Below are positions 12,690 to 26,155 of a DNA stretch of 64,000 nt, one piece after another (the first letter of the stretch is position 1; every line of letters starts with the position of its first letter). The notes beneath the pieces were generated by a model. It searched no databases and was not told the origin of the DNA. It was given only the letters and a program-made list of their open reading frames with translations. The DNA lies in contig NW_018404017.1 in NCBI RefSeq assembly GCF_002113885.1, forward strand, positions 1,352,281 through 1,416,280. Reading direction: 5' to 3'. The position numbers were made by a program, and so were the translations under genes. Source of the stretch: Mizuhopecten yessoensis (lineage: Eukaryota).

Positions 12690-14829
12690 CTGTACGATAA
12701 ATTATTTATTATCTATATTCTACTACCTTACATATTTATCTATTTAAAATACTCAACTCAACACCATGTTTTCCAAATGACTTCTAAGCTCAATGGTCAA
12801 TGATCGCCTTTGACAAAAGTAAACAAATAGAAGTTGTGCGTGGCAGAATACAATGAACCTTAAAACTACGAAGACAAATATTTTGAAAACAATCCTATCG
12901 TCATTGACTTTTCCATATGTGCATTTACACCTGAAATGGTGTTGTTATTCTCACAATAGTTTTCCGTAAATTTGTATTGATAGGTTTATGACTATTTTCT
13001 TACGCGAATGACTTTTGTTTGGCCAAAACTTAAATCGTTTCATTTCATAGAATTATGTCTTGACACGTGATCGTTAATGTGACATCCTCTGAGAGAGCGG
13101 GTCAATACATGAGTTAGTAGAACTTGAAAATCTGAGCCCCCCCCCCCCGATTTATTTACTCTTAGTTAAGGTGTACAAAGTTCGTGTAACTCAATCTAAA
13201 TGTAGGTCTATGTATCCTACTTAGACTGCAAGTCATTGTTCCTTATCGATAAGGAAATGTTTTAAGGACACAGAAATTTTGAATTTAGTAAACACTTATA
13301 AACAATCCTCCCGTCTCTAGACAAACATTTTAATCTGAGTATCTGTATCAAGGTATATCAAACGAGGGTCGATTCCTGGCCAATTGGATGAGCTTGGTTA
13401 TATTTTAATGTAACAATTACTCGGTTTGGAGTTTTGTGCTTGATCGAGTAGAGTTATATGCAAATGGTTGATTCCATTGCGACTTATAAAACGACCACCT
13501 TGAGATTATAAATAAGATAAGCAGGTTTTACAATATCGTTTAAATCACAGCTCGACAGGTTCTTTTTATAGAAATCATTGATTTTGTTAATTGACTTGCA
13601 GGGTTTTAAGCACTGAATATACTTTACTTCAAATACAATATATCTATTGCTGCCACTGTGTTGAGCCATTTTTCAAAAGGGCCACTCTTAGGGTAGATAT
13701 AATCATTTTTGGTTATTTTAGAAACCTTCACACGTTAAAATGTTAGATGCTATGATCCCATCAGATTTTATAGGCCAGTACGACAATTCGGAATCTTTAT
13801 TATTTAAAAACAGATACAAAACTATTGGACATATGCATATTGTGTATAGTAACTGACATTCCTGGGGTCACTTTATCTCCCCAAACCACGATAGGTTTCC
13901 TCACTCTCGACTCATAATCCTGCTAAATGTAGGTGCACGCTTTTGTAATATCTTAGTAAATAATACCCTGGACGTGATTAGATTGGTAAACCTTTAATTG
14001 CGACGTTAGTAACAGTGTTTTGGCACGTAATGTTCAATCAGGATGCAATTAATCGTGGAAATTATTTTCCTGTATCAGAATAGATATATTCTATTTCAAA
14101 GGAAACCTGTGTGTTATCCAGATAAAATGTTGTTGGTGAACAAACTCCCCAAACCTGTGATGGTTATCATGTTTATTTTTTCTCATTAGTTAATTTGTGA
14201 ATTATACCAGCCACTTGAAACCTCGTGTCTTAGTACAATTTGAAAATTAACTAACTTGAGGAAGAGTGAAATGATAACAAGTATCATTAGTGGAAAACCT
14301 ATGTGCTTTGTTGTTACTTATTACTAAGGAAGCAGTACTACTATATCGTATACACAATCTTAGCAACTTTGTATCTGCTAGAATAACTATACATTGAGGG
14401 TATCATTTACAATAGCTTCTACTAATATAAATTCCTTCGTTATTATTTCGTGGCACCAATAACGTTCGTCATGAAATATCGGGAACGTAAGATAATGGAA
14501 ATATGATTTTTCTTCTTTGAGTTTCATTTACTGCCTAAAAAGCCTATGCACATTTATTTTGAAACTTTTAATGTGGCTTATGCGTGTGATTTTGATACAC
14601 ATGAGATTAACATGTTTGTTAAGGGACTGTCCATATACTATTCAGAAGTTTCCATCGGGATAGTATCCCTAGTTGAAGCTTAAAGACTCGTCACATCAAA
14701 GTGTTACTTTCTACAGTGAAAGTATTAAACGCGTCGCAACGTTTTGTATTGTACAGCGATGTGACATTGTTTTTTTATGTCACTCGACCCGGAACGTTTC
14801 GCCTATCGACAGGGAGCGTATACACACAG

Positions 14830-15925
14830 CATCAAATAGGTTACAGGTAGGATGTAGATCTAGCCCTCTCCCCTGTTATGTTAGTATCGGGTCATTCAGA
14901 TGACTAAGCTGGTGTTCCCCTCGTCTCTAATCATGTTCTGAGTTTTCTTGATTTTGATTGCCTTTTTGATTTGCCCCATTTTGTATGTTGTTCCCTTGAA
15001 ACTATCTGGGCATTGTCCCAATCGACGATGTGATTTTGGGTATTAGCGTGATCTGTTAATGCCGATTTATTGTACTGTTTAGCGGATGCTTTGCGAGTGG
15101 ATCTGGTAAAACTGGTGTTGCCCATATTCTCTACGTCCTTTTGATGTTTCTTCAGACGTGTACCAAATTTCCTCTGAGTTACTCCTATAGATGACCGCTG
15201 ACAATTGTTGCATGGAATTTGATATACGACTGCCGTGCTGTCTAAAATGTCTGTCTTTTTTTGGGGTACACCAGTAACTATCTGAGTGTTGATAATGGTC
15301 TCATTGGAGTGCTGAAATGGAGATTCCTCATCACCGGGGCAAACGCATTAGATGTTCCCTTCACGTAGGGTATTTTGACCAAGCATTTGCATTTGGTTTG
15401 ACTTTCATTTCTTTTCTCTGTCTCAGTTTTCTACTTCCTTTCTTTTACAGCTCTTTTCACCTTGTTTATTACCCAGTCGCCCTTTATGTGCTGTTCTTAC
15501 CCGTATCTATCAACCTGCTCTGTAATGACGTCGTGCATCTGTCAATGAGTGTACGTTCGACCCCAAGCTTTTGATGTAGTGAATGGTGCGAATTAAAAGC
15601 CAAATATTGACCAGTGTGTGTCGGTTTGCGGTTCACTTATAGTTTGATGGTGCCGTTATCTTTGCGGATGATGAGCGTGTCCAGGAATGGTATGGTTCCC
15701 TCATTTTCCTCCTAGGTAAATTTAATGGAATTTGCTTTGTCCGCTTGAGTAAGATAATCTGCTAGGTCTTGCACTACTCCCTTTTTGACTAATTTTGGGA
15801 TGCCATCTACGAATTTTTTCCAAAGTTTGGGACCGTATTCTATGGATGTCGATCTAATGCCGGTCTAATCTAGGTGTTTCATGATCAGATTCGTGACTAT
15901 AGGTGGCACAGGACTTCCCAAAACT
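14830..15925 (-). pseudogene. Decayed Penelope-like retroelement (RT C-terminal half and GIY-YIG endonuclease)
   Basis: Minus strand gives RT motifs GSPVPPIVTNLIM, IKFT*EENEGTIPFLDTLI and VNRKPTHTGQYLAFNSHH. GIY-YIG motifs follow: VVYQIPCNNC..IG.TQRKFGTRLKKH and KSALTDHA..NHIVDWDNAQIVSRE. Many stops and frameshifts. Confidence 0.88.
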
Positions 15926-17109
15926 TCTTTCAAAACATGAACAGTCGGTCTTGAAATGTTGTGACACGTTTAATACGTGCATTGTTTGTGTAAAAAGTAA
16001 AACGATGATATCACATAACTTTAATGTCAACGTAACCTGAAGGTATGATCGATATTCATCAGAAAATGTTTGATACCAAACGTTCCCTTCTTTGTACGAT
16101 AAATGTTATGGGTCCACCATTATATGTCTAGATCATTTTTGTCATGTTCTCAAACACAAATGTGCACTAATGAGTGCAATTACAACGTCGCTATCAATAT
16201 CGCACAGAGAAAGAGGAAATGGAAACATGCAGTTGACTTTAGCACTGGCCAGTAGTCTTTATTAACCGGCATATCTCGAACCTTGCATAATGCATCACGG
16301 AAAGTGTGGTGCTGGCAGCGTGCCTGATACTATCAAATAAATTACCACACTTAAATGACATAACGTTAATGCTTAGACAAGGTCGTGTACTGTTACTTCG
16401 AAGAAAACCGGTTTTTGATTTTTCAATTCAAAGTCGTATCTGTTTAAGGATGTACATAACACGAACGGATCTGGTAGATTGTTACACGTTGTCTGTTACG
16501 TCGGGGGGACGTAGTTAAGGTTTGCTAAGCCCTGTTAGGTTCTCTAAGGTCGCAGTATTCAGATGAAGGTTGTGGCCATGGGTGATATTTTTGTTAAATG
16601 GCTAACCCCTGTATGATGATATGTAAAAAAATATAAAAAATATAAAACTACTAAAATTGGTATAAGCATGATGAAGTGGGCTATGTGAGCTTCACATTTG
16701 TTTGGTTCGAGAATAAAATTTTGGCCATAATCCGAAAGGGTGCCTACACATGAAAAGCTAACTTTACAGGAGGTAAAATTTTGACAACAGCACACGACAC
16801 AAAATTGCAAAAAATCAAGTTTTACAACTTTACTGGGACCCAGATAATTCTGCAACCAGGTAGGTAATCTATAATTTCAGACAGAACTTAGGAAAGAAAA
16901 TACTAGTTGCGGGGGTCAAATTTTGGGTCAAAAATAGCAATTTTTGGCATTTTTTGGTAATTTTTGATGTGGTAACCATCATTTTCCCACAAATGACATA
17001 CATAGGAAAAAGAGGTTTATACACTTCTCAGTACTTTATATGATTTGTAAATGTAATGCAGTTTACAAATATATATGTGTTTTGTAGGGTAAATCCCCTG
17101 TGTTTACAT

Positions 17110-19650
17110 TTCCAAATGATGTTAAGAACTACATTGTAAATACAGCATTCGAAAAAATATTAAAAGAAGATGAAAGCATCACATGTGATGGATTGATAAC
17201 AGCCAAAGAGAAATATTAACAGCAATAAAAAATATAAAACCCAATAAATCTCCAGGTAAAGATGTTTTTTTTTAACAAATTCACAAAGACAGGGGGCACT
17301 CTTCTTATTATATAATAAAGATGACCCTCTTGACTTACAAAACTGGCGTCCTATCACATTACTCAGCGTAGACTACAATATATTAGCACGATGCTTAGCG
17401 GAGAGGATCAAACCAATACCCCCCAAAAACTATTAATACGACCAAAACGGCTTCATGAAAGGTCAATGTAGATACATAGGTTATAACATCCGACAAATTC
17501 AAGACATAATTGATAATGCAGAAAAATTTAAAATAAATGGAGCAATATTATTTTTAGACTTCGCTAAAGCTTTCGATACCGTAGAGCGGGAATTCATTTT
17601 TAAAACAATGGCAAAATTTGGCTTCAATAACTCAGTTATAAATAGGATAAAAACATTATATAATGAAATAACCTGTGTTATTAACAATAATGGATGGATC
17701 TCTGATCCAATCAAAATATCACGTGGTATATGACAGGGTTGTCCTGGATCCGCATTATTGTTTGTTATGGCAGCTGAAGTAATGGCTATAAGAATCAGAA
17801 GCAATCAAAACGTACAAGGAATAGCAATACAAAATCAGCTAAACATACCATACAAAATATTACAACTAGCCGATGACACAACACTGTTCTTAAAGACAAA
17901 ACATGATATTACTAAATCACTAAATATACAAGAAACATTCGGAACCTACTCTGGTCTAATATTGAAAAGGGAAAAGTCAAAAGGACTCCTAATAGGTTAT
18001 CAGACACAAATCAACGACAATTTTGAAGGAATCGCATGGACTGATATAACAATCAAAGCACTAGGAGTTCACTTTGGACTAAATAAGCAACAAACACTAC
18101 ACTTAAATTGGAAAAATAACCTGGATAAAGTTAAAAAACTAATAACAATTGGAAAATGAGAAAACTTACTATAATAGGGAAAATACAAATAGTAAAAGCA
18201 CTGCTATTACCACAATTAACAAACCTAATATCTGTACTATATGAACCTCAAAACATAATAAAATAATTTGAAAAGTTACTATATAATTTCATATTGGAAG
18301 GAAAGCGAGAAAAGGTAAAAAGAAATACAGTAATCAGACCTTACACTAAAGGCGGGCTCAACCCAATATAAGATCACATGTTGATACATTAAGAATAAGC
18401 TGGCTGAAAAACTGTTATCAGAGGAAGCAGCATTATGGAAAATTATCCCAATGCTACAACTAAACACTTTCGGCAAAAATATACTTACATGTAAAACGAA
18501 TCTAGACAACTTAAAAAATCTCCCAAAACGTGAAAAGCTATCTCTTTCTATTATGAAATCATAGCAACATGGATCAAACTGCGAGAACAAAACCAAGAAC
18601 CAAAACACTATAACACCATGTTAGCTCAAATTATATGGGGGAATAGACATATAAAGATGAAAGGTAAAACCATTTTTTTTTTTTTTTAAATGGATAGAAT
18701 CAGACATTGTAAATATCAAGGATCTATTACAACACAATGTAGAAATAAATGATAGAAAAATATATGAAAAATTAACAAATAAAACTAATTGGCTATCAGA
18801 ACTATCCATAGTAAAAAAACAATACCAAAAACTTTGCTAACAAAAATTAAAGAAAGTAATGTTAACATGCATAACTTTAAAGTTAAAATTGAAAGAAATC
18901 CGGTCATCAAAATCCCAAAACTAGGAACAGTAACCATTAAAAACTGTAATAATCAAACAACCTGCAAACACTTAGTCAAAATGCGTTCTGAAAATCCAAT
19001 CGCTAGAATATAATGGGAGAACAAGTTCAATAAAACAAATGGCTATTTAAAATATACAAATGATTTTGTCTTTCACTACTTAAAAAACAATAAGCTGAAA
19101 GAATATAAATGGAAATTACAAAACAAAATCCTTACATCAAAGCAATGGGAAATAATTGAACAATAGAATGTTATGATTTTTTTTCATAAAATGCAAATAT
19201 TTACAAAATTTTCACTAGACAATAAGATTTTTTTTGGAAAAAACTAGGATATAAAAAAGATATGTTAACTCTAAAAAACTTAGCAATTGGATAAAAATAG
19301 AATACCCAAAATATAATGAAATAAATCACCTTTTAACAATCATTGGCTTATAACAAAAGTTATTATGTCAGTTAGGCAAAAACAGAACAAGGAAATGTAA
19401 CATATATATTCAAACAATATCTACAAATGACAGTAGATGTCAACAAATACCAAAACAATCAATGCAAAACATGCAAAGATATTCTTGATCTTCTGTAGGA
19501 TGCCCGCCACGGGCTATGCTGATGCATTTTTTCAATCTTCGTCAACTGTAACTTCCGTAGAAGACATCTTACACGCATACTAGTGTATGTAAATCCAACA
19601 AAACTGTAAAAAGACTATCCTGTATCATCTGTAAATAAATGAGAAAAAGA
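17110..19650 (+). pseudogene. 5'-truncated, decayed L1/Tx1-clade LINE (RT domain to 3' end)
   Basis: Motifs NKSPGKD, NWRPITLLSVDYNILA, QNGF, FLDFAKAFDTVE, RGI*QGCPGSALLF, QLADDTTLFL and KALGVHF, followed by NLTIIGKIQIVK. AATAAA and a short A-rich tail lie at ~19633-19650. Confidence 0.92.
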
Positions 19651-20029
19651 AATTTAATCAATGTGACAAAATATGAACATGATCACATGGAAAAGTCAAC
19701 CTATTTAAAACAAATTAGATCATAATCAACTATTTACTTAACATAATATACAGGATACAACATATGACCTGAGCAGACCTCGTCGGTAGGGGGCCCCCAA
19801 CCCTTGAAAAAAAACCAGGTCAAGCTTCTATATAGACTAACCAAGTGAATGTGTATACACACGTGTTGTATGTACATTATTATTTTACAAATATTTTTTG
19901 TATCAAAAAAATAAATAAATGAATGGACATAGGTGAATCAATGTGACAAAATACATACCGGAGACAATACAATTGTTCATAGTCTAAGTANAGACTAGCC
20001 ATGTGTGTGTGTACACACGCGTACCTGTG

Positions 20030-20830
20030 TTTTATGCTATACATCACGATCATCCGATCACGACTGTAGCTATGTTTTTGGATAAAGATACATAAAAAAC
20101 AACAAAGAATAAAATATGTCCAGTAAATGTCATTTTATTAAATGACGAATAACATGGCAGACATGGATAACAACAATGTCAACAATGTTGCATAAACATA
20201 TTTACAAACATAAACAATATCTTAAATATATATCAAAAAGGTGGAGCACAAGAATACACCACGCCATGCGCCAATTAAAAATATCCAACTATTGTTACCA
20301 AACAATGCTGGCCTAGAATGTGAAGCTAAAATTTGCATGGGTGGGATGATGGGACAAAGAAATTCCGAGCAATTCTTTCACTTTGTAAATTTAATGTTGA
20401 TATCACATGATGGTAATCTGGGTATCTGATTGGCTGATTACCTTGACATAATTAGTATGGTTGTACTCGAATTACTTCGAATCGTATGACCCTGAATCTT
20501 TCAGCTTCACATCTTACAAGTAATTATATAGACGATTAAAACATATAATATTCCGATGAACAACATAAATGTATTTATTGGCCTAAGATGTATTTATGCT
20601 ATAAATCTCCATCACGATCATCCGATCACGACTGAAGCTATTTTTTTGGATAAATATACATCAAGAACGACAAAGAATATAATATGTCCAGTCAATGTCA
20701 TTTTATTAAATGACGAATAACATGGCAGACATGGATAACAACAATGTCAACCATGTTGCATAAACATATTTACAAACATAAACAATATCTTAAATATATA
20801 TCAAAAAGGTGGAGCACGAGAATACGCCAC
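20030..20830. repeat. ~235-bp direct repeat pair (20030-20262 and 20595-20830)
   Basis: Near-identical blocks CATCACGATCATCCGATCACGACT...AAAAAGGTGGAGCAC. GACCTGAGCAGACCTCGYCGGTAGGG is also repeated at ~19766 and ~21129. Confidence 0.9.
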
Positions 20831-21429
20831 AGGACTGGAATGATGTTAACTAACATCGCTCCAGTCTAGCGCCAACATATAGTGTAAAAGTAAAGATTAT
20901 TTTTTTTATAAATATTTGTATTTCTTATCATTTTACAAATACGATGTCGAGTGTGAACAAATACATCTAATATAAGATGATCGATACGTTTAGGCCAACA
21001 TGTACACTAACCAGGACAATATGACTTATCATCTAATCGATACTGTTTACTGTTATATCAACAAGAACACGATGCATGTGGCCTTGTGTATAACAATTAA
21101 CTAAAATATATAACATATCGCACGATAGGACCTGAGCAGACCTCGCCGGTAGGGANTCTTACCACGTGCATGTGTATCCCAGCTGACAAAAATGTAACGC
21201 CTATTTCAAACATTTTGACAGGAAATATTTCGACCATCCATATTTGTGTTTCTCAACTCCATCTCGAAAAACTAGGGCAAATTTGTTTTTTTAATTTACA
21301 ATTTACACGCATATCATAGAAAGTACGAAAAGAGAGCAAAACCATATGTTCTGGAAAGATACGTTTCTTCTGTGTCTTGGACAAAGCCGTCAAGTAAATA
21401 TTTGCCATACCTAATGATGTTATACCATC

Positions 21430-21900
21430 TCAAAGGGAGAGCCGGTTGGGAGACTCTAGATCAATAAGGCAGAGTAAATAGTAATAATAAGGGCGAACAT
21501 CACATTGGAACAATAGCGTATTCGTTAACCTGTATTACTTGAAACCCTTTGATGTCTGTTCGTATCATTCAACATCTGTAAGGCAATTGTAATATTCCGA
21601 GCAAGATTATGATCGAATGAATAGCGTCATGTAAACACTGCACATTCGAACACCGTTAGAGAGGATAACAGGGGTGCTAATCGGGAAAGGTTATTTGTGT
21701 TTGTATCTGGAACATGCACCAACACAATGTCTGATTTGTTCATGCTATCACTCTTTAGAAAACAATATGGGAATACTTTACAAAATGGTCTAGTATGTTC
21801 CGATGTACTTGCTATTTCAAACACTATTGGTTGCAGATTGATTAACCAAAAATGTTAATTGCTTATTGTAATATATTTTACAATTGATCGATAAATTGAT
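21430..21900 (+). pseudogene. Highly decayed CR1/L2-like 3' fragment
   Basis: GWETLDQ motif at ~21446 (compare GWETLS in copy 2) and a faint Cys motif further downstream. Confidence 0.3.
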
Positions 21901-22910
21901 TGACAAATGAAATTTCCATTTAAACATCTATTTAACGAGTTTCGAACATGTCAAAGCGAGAGTCAGATCAGTGTATTTAAATAGGAAATCAGAGGCCTTT
22001 TCTTTTATCATTGATTGGGATGTTTTGCTTTTTATTTTTCTATAATAATAGGCAAGAATTCAATATTTACAAAAGGACTGCATGTCGCATTTTCTAAAAA
22101 TTGTATTGATGTGGAATTTCTTGGATTTGACCTAGATTTACATAGCAAGTGTCGTCGAAGAAGTAGAAGGTGCTTACCAGTCCGGAACACCCAGTATAAT
22201 TTTTGATGTACTTTTTTATGTGGATTTCATGTCAGAGTTTCTTTTGTTCATATAATACCCTTGTTTTTTCCGATTTTTAATTTCCAATTACACCTTTTTT
22301 CAGCACCTAATATCTTTGGAAGGATACATTATCAAATAGGAAATTATAAACGTGATATTGGTTCCGGGCATGGCAATTTTACTCATTCAGGTGATACCGG
22401 CTTCATAGCTGCTTGTCGTATATCTAATATATCTACAGCTTATATAGCATTGATCTTCAATCAATTATTACGGACCATGGCATCGGTATGAAGTATTGAG
22501 CAAACATTGAGGAGTGTCGCCCAAATATCAACGATTTACACACTTGTATCTCACGTTCCTCAAACTTAAATTCCACTGTCATTCACATGAGCCTGTATCA
22601 TACTGTCCATCAACTATATCAACAAAATCAGACAATGTTTGTTTAATGTAAGCAAATACACTTTGTTTAAATGTTCACAGTAAGTAGGAAGTGTCATGTC
22701 ACAATTTTGCTCGTAACAAATCTCCATGGTCGTGTGGTCCAGTCATCAATAACTCCAATATTTAAGCTGACAGTGCAAGTTAAAAAGATCTCAATTAAAA
22801 AAAAGGTTTTGAAATCTTCCCCGTCTCTTCCGACTATAGATTCTAAGGAAGTGCCGACATTTTAGTTTGTTCTTTTTTGGTAACGAGTATGGGTCTCGCT
22901 GGGTATAGAA

Positions 22911-25348
22911 GAGGGGGCGGACAGGGGGGTCACTAGTTCCCGGTTCCCGCCCCCCTAACTCTCGATTCCCGCCCCCTTATCCATATCTCCCGCCCCGATG
23001 TTGTTTACTCAACTGGTTCTGTTCCACTGTATTTCCGGTCATCGGATAGCTTCCGCTAGTAGGACCGTCCTCATGATTTTATCCTTTATGTACTTTGAGG
23101 GTTTGCGCAATATTAAAAATCGTTTTTTAAAATGTCTGTATATTAACGCTGTTCTGGCAATATTATGGCTCGTTAAAAACTGTAAAAACACGGTAACGTA
23201 ATACGATAGTGATATATAGTGGATATAGTCCATGCCTGTAGTATATGGATTAGCGAGTTGACCCCACTAAATCCGAGGCCGTATCTACTTTCCTTTGTAA
23301 TATAATATTTATCACTGTCGCTTTCATCATAAAGACGGTAAAAACACTAATCGTCTAGTAGGTATATTAGATGTCTATGTTTGATTAGCGAGATGACCCC
23401 ACTAAATCCTAGACTCAGTTCATATACTTCCTTTTTTTAGAAACACCATAACTTCGAAGCGTAGTATAATATGCCTTATTATTGGATTAGCGAGATGACC
23501 CCACTAGGTTCAGTTAACTGCCGGTCCTTTCTCTGACCAAGTCAATGCTACACAATATGACATTTAATGGCCTACCACTTGTTTTAATGTTTCTCGTTTG
23601 TGGCATTTAGAAATAGAAATAATCAGTCATTCGCTTGGGAGCAGTCACATTTCTCCCCCGTTTTGTTCGTGTGGTGAACAATGTCCTCTCCTCTTCCTGG
23701 TGTAGTGCATGTACCTCCTCATTTATGGTTGTTGCTTCTATGCCAGCAGTTAGTCTGTTGTAGGTCTCCTCACCTAGAGTAATAGTGTCATTGTTAATGA
23801 AGTAGTCGGATGGGGCAAGTATGTCTACTACACAATGTGATGGTATGTGTGCTTGTTTAGTTTGAACGAATATAAGGTCATGGTCTTCCTCATATATTCC
23901 AAGGCGGTAAGCATTTGCGGAGGACAGCACTTGCGATTTCACAGCACCCAGTTGAAGATTTACAGCCCCATCCACATCAAGAACAAGGATGTCACCCACG
24001 TCGAACGAAGACTTTTCTCCTGAGTGTGTAGGTTCCGTAACGACAACGTTACTGTTGTCCACAAGTTCAACTGGGTCGCCGTCAACTTAAGTGTGGATCC
24101 TGACACTGTCTCCTTCGCGTACAGATTCAGCGGAAGTGTCCCCGCATTGTATTTTGTTGTGTCCGCACGAACACTTCTCTGTCGAACACCTTTCCCAAAT
24201 GTCTCTCGGAACAGAAGCAGCACTTTGATTTTATCCTGCGATAGCTTGATATACTTCAGGAACCCTGTTGGCGTTGCATACTGCTTATGTTTTTTTGACG
24301 TGAAGTAGTGGTACCCACACAAGGTCTGCTTCTTGATCACCTCTGTTACTGCCTTTGTAAAGTCCGTGGCACAGTCTCAAACAGTCGGCGTCTCTGTCCT
24401 CAGCCTGAGCACACTATGCAAGTGTTCGTTTACCAATGTCAACATTGCGTTTGTGTCCATTTGAAACGAAGAGTTAACCCCAGCAACGACAGACTTTAAA
24501 TCCGAGAGCATCTCGTGCAACATCCGTATTGACTTGACAGTCTTTGATGCAGGTACTCCATGTGGACCTTGCAATGTGTTTGTCCGTATTTCTAACAGCT
24601 GTTTGGCCTCCTGTGCCATGGACAGTAGGGAACGTTCAACTACCCTCAAGTCGTCGATAGCTACTCCCAGAACTGTATTGGTGCCCGACTATGTTGGGGC
24701 AACGGGCCTGCATGCTTTAGATCATATACTTTAATTTAACGTAGTGTGGAGGTCGGCTTTGCCTGCTGTTATCAGATTGGACGCGTACGTCCATGCCTGG
24801 TGGTTCTCCACCACAACCATTCTCTTCACATCTCGTTCAAAAAGGGATAATTCCATCTCAACTTTTGAACACCTCGTTTGAGGCAACGTTCACCAAACCG
24901 ATGCTCCTTTTTAAGTTCCCTGAGGACATCAGAAAACTCGCTGTCGGTGCGATGAGTCACATAAATATAGTAATTGTCCAGGGCAACATCATTTCCTTTT
25001 TTGAAAATGTATACCCCCGCGCTAACAACTTTATCAGCCATGTTGTTGTTGCCAAAGTCGAAGGTCGCCAAAATTGCCGAAGATTTCCGAATGCACGTTT
25101 AGACCTAATAATTGGTCGCGAATCGGACTTGATTTACGGAAGGAGCATTGACATTCTATTTTTTACATTAATAACGTAATATAAGCGTGTTGGTTGCTTT
25201 TAGCACATAATTTTGTTTAAGTATGCTTCTGATTCTCCCGCCCCCGTACGTCCCACCTCCCGCCCCCCTAACTCCCGGTTCCCTCCCCCCTAGCTCCCGT
25301 GTCCCGCCCCCTTATTCCCGGTCTCCCACCCCCCCTGTCCGCCCCCTC
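22911..25348 (-). mobile_element. 2438-bp TIR DNA transposon with 6-bp TSD (ATAGAA), internally deleted, superfamily unassigned
   Basis: 19-bp perfect TIR GAGGGGGCGGACAGGGGGG at 22911-22929, with its complement ending at 25348. ATAGAA lies at 22905-22910 and 25349-25354. Subterminal TCCCGCCCC repeats occur at both ends, with a decayed internal ORF. Confidence 0.9.
23607..25041 (-). pseudogene. Decayed putative transposase of the 22911-25348 element (N-terminal piece joined to ~350-aa C-terminal part)
   Basis: AACATGG start at 25041 (MADKVVSAGVYIF..). ORFs 24377-24649 and 23960-24340 are in one frame, split by a single TGA: QGPHGVPASKT..LTLVNEHLHSVLR..TPTV*DCATDF..CGYHYFTS..FGKGVRQRSVRADTTKYNAGTLPLNLY. 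One frameshift leads to the basic tail TRTKRGRNVTAPKRMTDYFYF*. Confidence 0.7.
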
Positions 25349-26120
25349 ATAGAAAGTGCAGCTTATATTAAACAATATGTATCATCAGTCATATCGAAAA
25401 GATAAGCAAGCAAGAATAAGTCTGGCATGAAATATGATTTATATAGGCAGAATTGAGGAGGATTAATTTGGAAACTGGGAATGATCTTATATCCAAGATG
25501 TGAAACACCAATATAATATTACATTGATAAAACATAATAAAAAAAGAGAGCAAGAACTTAACATAGGTGTCATGAAGTATTGAGCATTTTGAAATGTAAA
25601 ACTTATTTTAACTTAAAATCGATGATACTATATGAACAGTTTAAAGCGCTGAATCAGTAGTAAGTACATGCATTACAAATGATAAGACGGTATACGGGAG
25701 ATAACTCTTCCATAGTAATGGTGTTTGGGGGTAAATTTTAAGATATGTTTGGACAACAAACAGAGTCTATGGAAGAGTTGTCTATCACATAATTATGTGA
25801 TTTTGCCTGCCGATCATCTTAACATGGGTGTAAAACAGCGCATACTCCTCATCATACGGGAATAATGATAGATATCCTGAAGATAAAAGTATTCTCTCAT
25901 TTTCCTGTGTGTAAGATGGAGCTGTCCAGGGTAAGAATGGGGTAAGAAAATGTCTATCTTACATCCCCTTTCATATGACTTAACGGCACGAATTTGGAAA
26001 ACTCCGATATCGTAATGTAAAAAAAGGCGACGTGATGAAATTAAAACCGTTTTCTGTACGATATATTTACCTTGCACGTTAGAAAGTTGGGATTAATTTT
26101 CTGTACAAACTTGCTAATAC

Positions 26121-26155
26121 CAGAGACGTATAATACATGTATTTATACGTCTCTG
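26121..26155. mobile_element. 35-bp palindromic micro-MITE with 7-bp TSD, P-element-like termini
   Basis: CTAATAC|CAGAGACGTATAA-TACATGTAT-TTATACGTCTCTG|CTAATAC: 13-bp perfect TIR with CA..TG ends. Confidence 0.75.

Noticed and set aside
23248-23506. 22-bp spaced repeats as a CRISPR-like array
   Set aside because: Only three copies, with long unequal intervals that are partly homologous to each other.
22911-25348. Assignment to Sola or Polinton
   Set aside because: The 4-bp flanks do not match (AGAA vs ATAG) and are not TTAA. The termini are not AG..CT, the TIRs are short, and no Polinton genes are present.
25223-25405. Proline-rich 60-aa ORF
   Set aside because: Translation of the C-rich subterminal repeats and TIR, running across the element boundary.
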